NCBI GenBank assembly: GCA_040285745.1
Contig: JAUFOR010000006.1
Location: 620,001-684,000, forward strand
Origin: Barthelona sp. PCE
Lineage: Eukaryota
Length of the DNA: 64,000 nt
Reading direction: 5' to 3'
In this document: piece after piece, positions 19,221 through 32,900 of the stretch
How positions within the stretch are numbered: the first letter of the stretch is position 1
Layout: every line of letters starts with the position of its first letter
Notes under the pieces: generated by a model
What the model was told of the DNA's origin: nothing
Database searches by the model: none
Seen by the model: the letters and a program-made list of their open reading frames with translations, nothing else
Translations under genes and position numbers: made by a program

Positions 19221-20837
19221 ATGACTCAGCAGAACTTCGAAGAATTACAGAGATTATACAAGCTTTTTGTGGAATACATTAGCAAGATCAAGTCAGTTTC
19301 TGAAGCGACACAATTCAATGGCAGGGCCCACACAGAGGCGCTCTGTTTTGTCGTATATGTTGATATTGTACTTCCACACACCAATCACGTTGAGAAAGGC
19401 GGGGTTGCTTATGATATTCCACTTATTAACGATTTCTTTGCATCTTTTGGGATATTCTTTGTCTCTCCTGTGTTATTGACAGCATTGAAGCGTCATAAAA
19501 CGTTTGAGAGCTTAATATCTGATTTTCCAATATTACGATCTGTTTTTTCAGAAAAAGCAACTAAACTAAAGATCCCTTCAACACAGGAGACCAGAAAAAT
19601 CCTGGACAAACGTAAAACTTATAATAATAATTATTTTACACCCTTGTTCAATTTTTTGGAAATTTATTGTCAATTTGTTATTACAGAAGGTCAACCCGAA
19701 TTCTTCATCTATGATTTCATGCCCGATTCGTTATGGAAACGTTATGCTATTAAATGGGGAGTTGTTCATCCTGAAGATCGACAGAAGGTAGTTCATCCAG
19801 CAAATTTAGATATTGGAATAATGTTTTCTGACATGGCATTGTTGTGCCCACCACAGACTACACCAAACCCTAGTGCATTACCTGTCAGTGATATGTCTTC
19901 TTTCGATATCGAATCGTTTGATCCAAAGAAATTAAGTATTTTTGAAGTATTTGTGAAAGAGACCAACATTAGTTGTGTTAAATTAAGCAAGTCAGTTAGA
20001 TCAGTGTTTTGTGCCCTCAGCAATGGTGTTGTTTGGATGCTTGATTTAAGCGAAACAGATCAAGTTTTTAGCAGAATTATTGGTCATTCAGATACAATTC
20101 TAAGTTGCAGTTGGTCAGATTATCATAATTATTTTTTGACAACAGGTATGGATTCGAGAATACTCTTATGGCGCAATGAAGGTGGTCAATATGTTCCAAA
20201 AGTTGAATATAAAGGTTCTTTACAACCAAATATGTGTATTAGTTGTTATGAAAGAGGTCTTTATTTTGCTACTGGTGGAATTGATCATGTTATTCGAGTA
20301 TATCAGTTTAATACTCCCAATCCACTCTTTACAATTCTTGCACATATCTCAATAATCACAAAGATTGTTTGGCATCCTAATGGATGTTACCTCGCATCAT
20401 TGGGTGCTTGTGGTACAGTTAAGGTATGGTGTTTACTCGCTGAGGACCCGTGCGCTGGACAATGTGTTTTTGCTTATGCTTTTGATCCGAAAACTTCGGA
20501 TGTTCAGTTCAGTAGCTCAGGTAGATACATGATGGTTGTGTCTTCAACTGGTATGTTATCAATCGTTGATCTCCATAAACGCACTGTGATATCTTTGACT
20601 GTTGAACATGAGGAGTCATGGAACTGTATGACACTCTGTGCTCTTCCTGATGAACATTTTGTGACTTCATCAAGAGATTTTATAAGAGTTTGGAGTTTAC
20701 ACGGAATTTCTGAAGATATGAGCGAATATACGCCCGTTTTGTCAATCCCCGTGAGGAGAAACCCGGTGCATATGGTATACACAGGCTCACAATTGGCAGT
20801 AGCAACCACACCAAAGTTGAGCATCGATATTAAATAA
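19221..20837 (+). CDS. WD40 protein, TAF5/TAF5L-like (TFIID/SAGA subunit)
   Basis: The N-terminal helical segment (LYKLFVEYI...ALCFVVYVDIVL) resembles TAF5 NTD2. WD repeats IIGHSDTILSCSWS..., YFATGGIDHVIRVY...PLFTILAHISIITKIVWHPNGCYLAS follow the order of TAF5 repeats. Confidence 0.65.
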   Translation: MTQQNFEELQRLYKLFVEYISKIKSVSEATQFNGRAHTEALCFVVYVDIVLPHTNHVEKGGVAYDIPLINDFFASFGIFFVSPVLLTALKRHKTFESLISDFPILRSVFSEKATKLKIPSTQETRKILDKRKTYNNNYFTPLFNFLEIYCQFVITEGQPEFFIYDFMPDSLWKRYAIKWGVVHPEDRQKVVHPANLDIGIMFSDMALLCPPQTTPNPSALPVSDMSSFDIESFDPKKLSIFEVFVKETNISCVKLSKSVRSVFCALSNGVVWMLDLSETDQVFSRIIGHSDTILSCSWSDYHNYFLTTGMDSRILLWRNEGGQYVPKVEYKGSLQPNMCISCYERGLYFATGGIDHVIRVYQFNTPNPLFTILAHISIITKIVWHPNGCYLASLGACGTVKVWCLLAEDPCAGQCVFAYAFDPKTSDVQFSSSGRYMMVVSSTGMLSIVDLHKRTVISLTVEHEESWNCMTLCALPDEHFVTSSRDFIRVWSLHGISEDMSEYTPVLSIPVRRNPVHMVYTGSQLAVATTPKLSIDIK

Positions 20838-20983
20838 AAAACAGGATTTTAACCTTCGTTTTTGGAGAATCCTTATGCTTCTCAAGGGTTGGTCCAAGAA
20901 TAAAAAGGAAATTGAGTGATGACTACGTTTTTACGTTTTCTCTTTTTACAAAACCATCACACATTAATTTTTTGACTTTTACG

Positions 20984-23900
20984 ATGGTTCCTTGGAGACA
21001 AAAACTAGTTCTTATCTTGTTGTTCGTCCATGTAGCTTTCAGTGCAAATTGTGGTTTCATTGGAGACAACGAAGGTTCTTGGGAGCAAAACGCAAATTGG
21101 GATTGTTTTAAAATACCCTCAGCGGGCGACAGCGTCGTTATCACAGATAAAACCGTTTTAGTTGGCGCAAATCATGACGTAGCATCAATCACACTTGCCA
21201 CAGCTGCATCCGCGCTTCAGTTTGATGTAGAGGTGACAGTTACAGCATCAACATTCACATGGTCAGGGGGTTCAATCCTCGGTCAAGGTAGATTAGAAGT
21301 TAATGCTGGTATGTCATTTGGTTCAGGTGGTACTCGTGTGTTAGGCATCGCCTCGTATCTTATTGTGAACGCAGGCGTTGTCGACGTGAACAACGATGTA
21401 CAGATTAATCTTTCAGATTATTCGCTTCTTTCTTATGCTTCAAGCACTCTTTTTACAATCAAACCCAACGTTAAACTGGCGGTAAACGACCTCTCTACAG
21501 ATGAAAGCCTTATTGGTGAGGTGGAGTTCCATGGTCTTTTTAATATCTCAACAGATGCAATCTTTGAGAATAACGTTAAGTTCACTGGGTATGGATATGC
21601 AATGATCGATGCTGGAACATGGGATATTCGCCACACTGTTAATTTTTTTGGGGAACTATACATTATTAACCATGGTGAAATCAATAATTATGTTGATTCA
21701 TTCCTTGAATCTTCATCAAAACTTCTTGGTGAAGGTGCCATTAACGCCATTGGAGGCACCTTGTACGTGTCATCTTCTCTATTTAAGTTACTAGGTGACA
21801 GTTTTGTTCTTAACGGTGGTAGAGTGCAATTTGCTGAAGAAGGTCACATTGAGTATTATGCTGTTAAATGTTACGATGGTTCTTTAATCTTTGGTTCAGA
21901 ATGTGCTTTCGAACCCTTTCTACACAAACTTGAGATGCACTCAGAGTCGTGTATCATTGAGTTCCAGAGCTCACCTAACTTCTTATTGGATACTGATGTC
22001 ACAGAAAAGACACATTTTGAATTATGGACAACGGGTGGTCAGCTGATCTTACCTTCAGGTGGTATCAGGTCACTGCTCTTTGATTGGCTTAATGTTACAC
22101 GTAATGTATTTACACTGTCTCGCACTGTGCAATGTACGAATGTTGTATTGGGTGATGATTCCAATGTTGTAGCGTCCATTGAGACTAGTTATAACGGAGC
22201 AATGGAGACAGAAAACTTTTTTTGGTATTCTGGTAATGTAACTGGAAAGTCATTGGTAAAAACGACTGGAAAGTTATATATTTACAATGCGTTTGATCGT
22301 GTCATCGGCTACTCGACAGAGCTTCGCGTTGTATCGGGTGAGATGCGTGTTTTTATTGAACCAGAAGAAAAATTGAACGTTTTTATGGATTCTTATTCGA
22401 AGTTTAAGACAGAAAAAGAGGGTATATTGAATTTAGACAGATCAATATCATTCATTGAAATGGATGATGTTCTCAATCGTCCAGATTTTGTTCATCTTGG
22501 TCAGTTGAATATTACTACTTCAACAGTTCAGCTTAAGGTGTTTTCAAATATTGACGGTAATGTTGGTATTGATGTCAACGGTACTCTAAGGTTTGATTCT
22601 GATTCCGTATCAACAGGTTCTGTATGGTTCCAAGACGAAACTGCCACAATGCTATCGGCGAATGTTTCAGAAGTTCAATGGAAGAAGTCTTCTTCGTTCT
22701 ATGGTGAAACAGGTGTAATCACGGCATATCATGAGAGTGAGATGATAATCCAATCAAAGCACTATGATTGTCTGGCGTTGCTAACATCGAAATCTACTCT
22801 ATGCGTTGTACGATTTGAATCACCAGCGTACGTTATGCGATATAATGTCGGAAACTGTACCGATGGCTATGTTGCATTTGACGAGGGTATCACATTCGCT
22901 TATTCAAAACACAATATCGTTGTTGATGGTTGTCTTCTGGAATACGGTGATAGTATCTTGTTTGAATCTGAAAATCCTTACACAGACCCTACAGTACATA
23001 TGAATATGACTGTGCGGTCCGGTAGGGTGGAAATGAAAGAGACAGCAAGCAATCTCATTTTTGATGAACTCATTGTAGACTCAATTTTTGAGACTGGTTC
23101 ATATGTCACAGTAATGCATTGCGTTTTTGGTGAGTCACCACCTGCTGGTGTTACACCGAAGTTTATTGCTGCATGGGGTGCCATGGTAAACTATTATACA
23201 CTCGATTGGCACGCTGGTTCAATTGAGGGTTATGGTCGATTTTTCTCTCTTTTAGCTTTGAATATTAGATCAGAAGCACCCAAGAGCATTGGTTTTGCAA
23301 CTGGGTTTGAGGCTCAGAGTGGATATATTGATGTATTTAACAGTACGAAGGTTGAATGCGCTGATCTTGGTTTTTGGATGTTCTCATCCCTATCTATTTT
23401 CAGGATAAAAACTAATGTTACATTTGAAATCGCTCTTAATCATTCCATTGAGGCTGTTTTCGAGACCAAATTCCATGGTTTCATTAATATCTCAGAAGGC
23501 GGTGAGCTTGTCATGAGCACTCGTGTCGAACAGTATGGTACTCTCTTATCATACGGTGGGATGACATTCAATGGTCCTCTGAACATTACTGAATACATTG
23601 GCTGGGGTGATGTCTACCTCGTTTCCAATGATTCGTTCATTAATATCGCTGGAACAGCAACATTTTCAAGATCAATGCAGTTCATCGGTATGGGTGGATT
23701 GCGTACAAGCGGAGACGGTCTTTGTTACGTTGATTCACAGTTATTCAAACTATTTGGACCAACGTACGCAATTGATGATTCAAACCTTTATTTCACTGGT
23801 GTTACATACATTGAGTACATTGAGATTAATGGTTGCGCTGATAACTCACTCATTGTGTTTGAGTCAGGTGCGCTTATTGCTCCTTTTGTGCTAAATATTA

Positions 23901-26900
23901 CTGTTACAGGTGGTCATGTTGTTTTTGAAGATTCAGTTCAGCTGTCAAGGGAAGATACGTTGTATTTCCACTTTAACCTCTTCCTTGATGGTCCTGGTTT
24001 TCTTAAAATGAATAAGGTAAGCTCTCCAGTATACTTTGATAAGGTTGTTGGTATCGATGGTGGTATCGAGCTTGAGACTGGAGGTATTGTGCCAATTGAG
24101 TTATGTATTTGGAACGGTACTGCCTCCCTTTTGGGTTCAGACCTGGTTGAAATATATGATCTTGAGTGGTACATGGGTGTTTTCGGTTCGATTACGACAC
24201 TCCTTCACAGGGGTTATGTATCGCCACACGCAGGCACAAGCTTCCTCACAGGTTGTATGGTGTATCCACACAGTCAGTTTGTTGTTAAATCAAGTGCAAT
24301 CTTGGAGATTGAGAGTGAAGGAATGTTCCAACTTGGTATCAATGCTACTTTAACAATTGAAGGTGAGATTAAATTCCTTGGTAACGCTTCATTGTTAGCT
24401 GTACCTGAATCAACCTTTGAAATTATCGATGATGGAAAAATGACTGTCGAAAACGGTAACTTCTCTTACGGTTGGTTACTGGAGGATTCCTTCTGTTGTG
24501 TCAAATACAATCAGGACAGAAGTACTCTCTACTCTTATTATGACGAGTCGTTTTTAGCGTTGGTCTTTGATGTTCCATCAATTTGGAATATGTGTCCTAG
24601 TGGAACTTGGGATACGTGTTGTATGCCTTATACTTCACGCGCTTCAACTTGGGAAGATAACATTCCTTACAACGGTCGTGCGTATTACACGTTAGCAAAC
24701 GATACACACATGGGAGATGATGTTGTTAACGCTTCATCATGTTGCATGAAATTGGCTGATAATGACGTAGTTGTTTATCCAGCATGGGACAGTTTTGCAC
24801 CCGAACTGATTGGATGTCGCGATTACACAAGTACACCTGTATATAACCAACGTACAGGTTGTAACAAGAAGTACTGGTATCAGTATTGGGACAATGATAA
24901 TGATGTATGGGTTTGGGCGACCAAGACTCTCTACAACTTTGGTTTCTGCCCAGCGCAAGAGACAATGATGTCATCGAATGCCAATCTTGTGATTGGTCCC
25001 GATGCTCGTGTTGAAGCGCTGAATCATTCTGCGTTCCATCTCTTATCATTTGTCAATGTATTCCATGAGGGTGTTATTCACTGTGACAACACATCAGTGA
25101 TTGCATCTGCAATGGCTGACTTAATCTGGAATGGTAAGTTCCACATTGATGGTGTGTTTGAGATCACATCACCGGTAACCTTCAACACTACCGTACATGC
25201 GTACGGTACAGGAGAGTTCATCAACTTATCCCCCGGTTCAGATGTTCTGTTCAAGGGTAACTATGAGTTGACAGACACCATGAAGTTGGACAGGGGCAAG
25301 TGGGTCTTCTCAGAAGAGTCACTGGTTCGTGATCTTACTTTACTATTGTTGAACAACACCGAGTTTGAGCTAATCAGTAACGCAACTGGTACCCACGTCA
25401 TTGACACGATTGAAGCATTCTCATCATCTATGATATTTGCCAATCTTGATGTTATGTTGCACAAGAAGTTTGTAACAATGGATGATGTTACCCTCAGATA
25501 TGAAAACATCGGTGATTTTGCTGCTAACACATTCCATGTTTCTAGTTGTGATATTGTATTTTCACAACTGCGGACATCTCTTGTTTTTGATAATCTTGTT
25601 TTGTATACCAATTCTAGCATACACTTCAGTGGTTCGAACACATTCCTGTTCGACCAGGAGGAGCCTCAGTATATCACAATCAGTGTATTTGATATGTACG
25701 ATAATGCTGTATTGCAGGGAGATGATGATGTTTACATTTTGGAGTCACGTTTGTATGGTGGTGAGTTCTCAGGCGAAAGCACTGTTTATTTCACATCAAA
25801 AGCGCAATTGTCGCTTAATAGCTCCATATTCTTAACAGGAAGGAGAATTGCTCGTTTTGAGAAGAACATTTCAGTTGACGCATGTTCTGAAAGTTTTATT
25901 TTCGATCAACACTCCAAGATCGTCTTTACTGACAAAATTAACATCAACAGTAACACATCTTTCATCCGTACCAGTTCATATTGCGATGAAGACACATACG
26001 TGAGATTCCAGGGAAACACATATTTGAATGAAGGTGGTTGTATCCACAGTGATGTATCCATTTTCTTTGACAAAGATCAGAAGACTTATCTTCGTGATAA
26101 CAGTATTGGTATGGAAATCCACTGTAGCGGTACATTCATTGATGACTTTTTGTTTGATGAACTGGCAGGTGATATAGTTTTGGGAACGGGTGTCTTTCTG
26201 TTTACAGATAGCAGCCGTCTCATGCTAGATGATGATGCCACATCCACAATTGCGACAGTGAGATCCATCTCGAGTGATTCCGTAGCTACGTTCCTTGGAG
26301 AATTCAACGTTCTCCCCACTTTTACACATCGTGGTGGTAAGTTCTACTTCAATCAGACACTTGTCAACTGGAATTCTATTCTTATTGAGTCGGATGTTGC
26401 AAACACCGAACTGATTCTGAATGGTATTCGGAATATTAGCAATCCCTCATCAAATGATTTGACTTTGGACAGTCTTATTGCCAGATCATCTTTGTTAAGA
26501 ATGTCTGGTTTTGAAGATATTAACATTACATTTGTTGAACTCTCAGAATCTTGGGAACCTGCTTATTTCATTATAGATGATGCTGATACAATCTTTGTTG
26601 AAGACTTTGTATTTACTGGTGGATTCTATGGTGGAGCAACATTATTGAGGACATTTAATTCTACTCTTTGGGAAAAAGGTGGTCTTTTTAATGGTGCTAA
26701 AATTCGTACCTCTACACCATATGTTTCGGTACAAGGTACTGGTTTCAAGCAATTGTTCGACTTTGCATCTTTCGAAGGTGATTATAATATCACACTGAGC
26801 ACTTCAAATCAAACATTTGAGGGATCTCGAGGTGCTGAATTTATCATTTCGGAGGGAAAGGCTGTTTACATCGAAGAATCAACGTATTTCACAACAATTC

Positions 26901-29900
26901 CAGGTATGATATTACCCACATTTGGTGTTAATGCTCGCAATAACAAGGATGTATCCATTCCTCTTGAATACTCAGTTGCTTCCAGTGACCCATATCCCAT
27001 GCTTCGTGTCTTGGGTACTCTCAACATATCAAATACTTTTGTTTCTGATTGGTTCGTGGAAGTTGCTCAACCGTTGTATATCCTACCTGGTATTGAAGTA
27101 CGTATTGCTGGTGGTATCTTTTCTGGATATATTAGTTTGCCAAATGTTGATAACGGTGAAGAACCATCTTCTTTAGCTTTTATCGGTCCCACTATTATTG
27201 AAAGCGGTGCCCAACTTAATGGTACTGGTTCTGTCATTACAGCAGATGCAGACGCTTATGTTCGATTTGGTGGTGCATGGAATTTGGGCGATAAGATCGA
27301 GATCTTCAAGGGCGTGTTCCATTTCTTGCCTGGATCAAAGTTTTACTTTAAAAATGTTACTTCACATGAAGGTGACATAATTTTCCATGAAGATCCTCAC
27401 ATTGATAGTACTCAGTGGATGATGGATGAGGTTAAGGTTCTTGGTGGTAATGTAATTTTCGATGGTATGACGAAGCAACTGAACATTGAAATGTTGCTCA
27501 TCGAAGAAGGTTCAGTCCAATTCCTTAATCTTGATCATCCAATTATCTTGGGTGGTATGAAGATTACTGGTGGTAGAGTTGACTTTGGTAAGTTAAATCA
27601 ACCACTTATTTTGAAATTGCTTGAAGTAGAAAATGCTACAGTAAGTTTTAACACATCATTCCCTGTTACAATTCACAAATTTTATACTAGGGGAAGTGCC
27701 AACATCATTTCATATGATGAACTTGTTATGACTAATGACACCTTAATTGCAGGTGGTAAATTGAACGGTCATAATATTACGTTCACTGAATCATGTGTTA
27801 CAGCCTTTACAAACGGTTCAACACTTCATTCAATGTTGGCAGATAGTACCAATGTTTATGTTCATGGCCCATTGTACTTTGATCACAAGACAATGTTGCA
27901 TGCCGCACCAACAGCACGTTTGTTTGCATACAACAACGTGACTATGTTTGGTGAACTCGATCTACGAACGTTGAGCAGCAATAGTGCATCAGGAAACTCT
28001 GTATTTGAGATGGGCTCCCTTGTGGTAATGGAGCACTTTGATAGTTTCGTGAGTTCGAATCCGGGTGACGTCATTGTTGGTTTCGCAGACTGGTTTAGAT
28101 CAGGTTATTCGGGTGAAACAGTCATCACGACGACTATTGATCTTGTCTTTGATTCAATTTGGCAGATTAACTCACATTTCCGCACTGATTTTAAGAGCAT
28201 TGGTAATATTACTGATACCGCTTCAGTAATAATATCAGATGAAGAAGCAGTGTTGGGATTTTCGGATTCAGCTCAATTTGATTTCTTTGAAGGGTCATCT
28301 CTTGTAGTGGATGGAACTTTCTACTGTGTAGATAATGCCAAAGTTACTTTTGCCGGTTATCAGCGTTTTACATCCAATTTTATTGAGTTGAATGGTTGTC
28401 ATGTATCGTTTGTTGGTAACGTTGATTTTAATATTGATGATCTTCGTGTGACAAATGGTATCCTTGAGTTTAATTCTGTGAGAGCTGCACAATCATTTAA
28501 CTTCTCTACTATTGCTATCAACGGTAATATGTCTGTTCCACAGGCAGCCGAGATTAGATATGTTAGTATCCCAACCGATATCATTGTTCAGGCATTCACT
28601 TGTGCAAACGGTACTTTCACAGTTGATGACGCATCCAGTTTCACATTTGAAGAGGATAGCGTCACTTTGGTTGACAGCACCTTTGAATTGCTCAACATTG
28701 CAACAGAATTCGTTCAAAAAACTTTGATTTTTAACAATTCTCTAACCCGTATGGATAAGATATATGTTAACATTACACATCTGATTGCAAACAGTGCTTT
28801 TATTCGTCTGTATGATTTCCATACTGCTTCGATAATTGAGGGTATTGAATTATTTGGTGAAATTATTCCTCCCCATACCAGCTACATAATGTTTAATTCG
28901 ACTGATGAATTACTCACAGTCAATCACATTGAACATCATGGTTCAGAGTTATACACGTATAACCCTACAGGAACACACATCTTGGATTATAACTGGATGG
29001 GTGGTTCAGTAGCGTATTCTTCAGAGTTCCACGTTGATGTATTACATATAACAACAGATGCTTCTCGTTATCTCATTGATGTCAATACATTTGTGGTAGT
29101 TGATGAATATATGGAGTGGACAAACGGTGATTTCATTTCTGATGATGGTTGCGGTATAAAAATTGCTTCCTCAGCTGAAGTTAATATCACAACCAGTGTA
29201 AGACATTCTTACTTCAACGATCCCTATCATCGTTTGCCGTATCAGGAAAAGATACACTCTATTGTGCGCCCTTTTTTCCAAGTTGATGGTGTTATGAACC
29301 TTGATATTGGTATCGGTAACGTATTCTATACGCGAATGTCATCCATTATTAATGGTAATTTGCAACTGATCTCAGGTGATCTTAGAATCTTTGCTAACAT
29401 GCATATTACTGGTAACGTTACATTTATGTGTGAAAACAAGGAGGATGCTAAAATAATTATTGAGTATGGTCGAATCACCATTAGCGAAACAGGTTTGTTA
29501 TATGGTCCTGATATCGGTTACATTGAGATTGGTAATCAAGGTGAGCTAACTTCAGATGGTAATGTCATGGTTGATCATTTTGAAATCATAAGTGGTATCC
29601 TTATGTTGAATGCTGGTAATATTACGATCATGAACTTGGTGCAAAATGGAGGTATTGTTGGTTTTGGCAGTGCTTCTTATGGTTATGTTGAGGTAGCTGA
29701 TCTTTCATGTGGTGAGTTTGTTTTGAATGGAACAAACGTATACCTGAATGAGACTCATGCTGACTCTATGGGCTTTTTCAGTTATGATCAGCCTGTTAAT
29801 CGTACTCATGGTAGACTGTATTCATTGTCATCCATATTCTACGGTAACCTCTTACGTTATGATTATGTTCAGGTTGGAGTTGCGCGGTTTGCTATTGAAC

Positions 29901-32900
29901 GTTTAGAAATCATGTTGAACATGACTTTTATGGATATGGTTGATGGAAACGCGTACTTCGTCATGGATAAGGATAGTGTGCTGTTCTTACAAGGCGATTC
30001 GCATTGGTATGTATCAGATCCTGATGTAGAGACGACAGCATTTATGATATCCGGTAATCAAATCATCAACAATGGATCGATGTTCTTCCATGGATCTCAT
30101 CGTTTTGTGCAAAAGCAAAGATATGATGCTAACTATTGGAAGAATGAGGCAAGTAACTTCACAAACTTAGTGGATGGTATTGTTTTAGTAGATTCTGATT
30201 CCAGTTTCAACTATGGTTTTTATTTCGATGGAAATTTCCATAATTATGGTTATGTTGAGGTTGTTAATTCAAAACTTGTTCTTAATGGAACAGTCGAAGC
30301 TTTTGCATACCCCAACTCTGTTGTTCGTCTTTCACCGAAGGATGATTCATGCATAGCTCATCTATTACTGGCCAACAGTGAATTTACATTCCTCGTAAAC
30401 AGTTCTTATGAAGGTTGGGGTGGTCTTTTGGCATCTACTGTTAAGACAGATATTTTCCACTTCAAAGGTCGTTATAATGCCCAACCTCATCTTGTTTGGA
30501 ATTCCATTGGTCAACTCTACTTCTATGATGAAAGTACATTTGATTTCGAAAATATTACTCTCACAGCTGGTATACTGAAGTTCTTTGATACATGTGAAAA
30601 TAGTACATTCTTCCATATTGAGGAGCTCCATGTTGATGGTGGTTCACTCATTTTTGAGAACGGTACGTGTGATATACTCGTTGATTTGTATGAACACACT
30701 GATGGTTTATGGTCATTGTCAGGTTTTGATCATTCCATGAACATTACTCATTGGATTGACAGAGGTGGTGAAACTGTTTTGCACGATATAATCGAACTGA
30801 ACTTGTTTTTATTCGAATCCCCTTCGTCTAGACCAGAAACAACCATTGAAAACGTTGACCGTTTGATATTACATAATTTCAAACCGAAATTTGGCGATGT
30901 ATTCTTCAATGATATTAATGATGTTATGATTTGGAATAATTCTTATGACGGATCGTCCAAGACAATCTTTGACAATATTGGAACTGTTAATATAAGCAAT
31001 AATAACCCTACAGGAGGTGTTATGGAGTTCCATAACATACATGTTAGCTTTAGTGCATCAGAAATGTTTGAACAGTCAGCAGGATCATTGTATTTGTACG
31101 ATTTCGATTTTTCAATGGTATTTGATTCAATTTATATTCGTGATACTGGATCCCTGTTCTTCTTCACAGGACATACTGTGACAGTTGATAACATTTATGT
31201 TGATGATGGTCGTATTGGAGGAAGTGATGATCTAGTCATCGAATGGAATCTTTATTGGTATGGTGGTACATTGGGTATTGAAAGCGGTGATATTGGTCAT
31301 TGGACTGTCACTAACCATACGTACATTGAACACGATAAGAGTCATACGCTTGAGCGAATCGTTATTACTACTGGTACAGGTATCACATCACGTGATAACT
31401 ACCATATGTCAGGTTATCACAGTGAACTTGTTGTTAACAGTGATAAGCTGTTCCATATCCATGACAGTCCATTGTATGTGGCCAACGCCAGTTCATCAGA
31501 TGTGCCAAAATTGACAGTCAACGGTGATGTCGTGGCTGATAATGGTGGATACTTTGGTTTCCAACTGATGTTAAAGCCTGGATCAACATGGACAACGACG
31601 AATGGCAACCAGATCTTTGGTTGTGGTGGTGGTGTTATTGAAGGAACAATTAGTTTACCTGAAAATTCCGTCTTTAAGTTAACACAGTATCAGGATCAAA
31701 TTAGTCCTCGTGTGTGTTATAATCACTTTACTTTCACTGGATCTTCTATTGTTGAACCTTCAACATTGATTGAAACATTAGTTGATAATCAATGCGAGGT
31801 TGATTTTTATGGATTATTATTGGGTGACACAATTCGTTCTGTTTCCAATTCTAAAGTGAAATTCTTCCCTAACGCTAGACATGAAATCATGTATTCATAC
31901 ATGGACTATGGTCAGATTACATTCGATCGAACCATTTACAATATTACAGGAACAGAAGCCCCACTTAACTGGACAATCCATTCATATTGTACAGGTCGTG
32001 GAACAAATGTTTTGCATTTCAATGATATGATTAGTAACGTTTCTATTCCTCAAGATTTCGAATATACTTGCGGTTGTCGCTATCGCTTTGAGGATTTTGA
32101 TGAAGCAGATTTGATAATGCCTGATATGGCAATAATTTCAGGAGCACACTTTGAATTCTTTGAGCCTTGGCGTCAACCATTAGTCTTTGATGAATTGTTA
32201 TTGGGACACTCATGTTCAATTGTTGATTTTTCAACCGGGCATGATATTGTAGTCAATAATTATGAAATGAGGTATGGTAATCACTACGGTTGGGATCAGC
32301 TTATCGTTAACACAGTCGAGTGGACAGGTGTCAGTCTCCGTGAAGGACATATTGATGTTCTTGACAGCCTTGAGTTTGTGGGTACATCTAATAAGTACAT
32401 CGGTGCTAATGCCGGTATTGAGTCCTTCAATTACACGCTTGTGGATGCGCCATCAACGATGACATTCGGACATGATGGTTACATCAAAACTCATAACAAA
32501 ACTGATGTCACAGAGAACATGAAGCTCAGCGGTTCAGGAACTTTCTTCCTTAAAGATGATGTCGATATTGATACAACATGGGAAATGCACAGTTATGTTG
32601 ATGTAGCTGAGGACACCCTTGTTACTGTTCAGCCGCCTAATGATCTATATCTTGGTGTGTGCGATGTTCGTGGCAATATATCGATGCCAGGAGATCAGTT
32701 CCTATTCTTAGTACGATCTCCATCAACAAACGAACAACATAGTTTTGGTCCAACGAGTGTTCTTGAAGGTCAGCATTCTAACATCTATGTTAACTACGGC
32801 TTGAATGTTGTATTTAATGGAATGTGGCTATTCGAACCAAAGATATCACTGACACAATACGCTACACTAAAGTTCCAATATCCTGCTGTAATGAACATTA

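Noticed and set aside
20912-20983. ORF-track N-terminal extensions from TTG/GTG starts (also 4897, 9042, 12985, 17790, 49993, 53177, 55327, 57750, 58553)
   Set aside because: The genes are eukaryotic. Downstream ATGs give sensible N-termini (e.g. a signal peptide at 20984) and the extensions translate T-rich upstream DNA.
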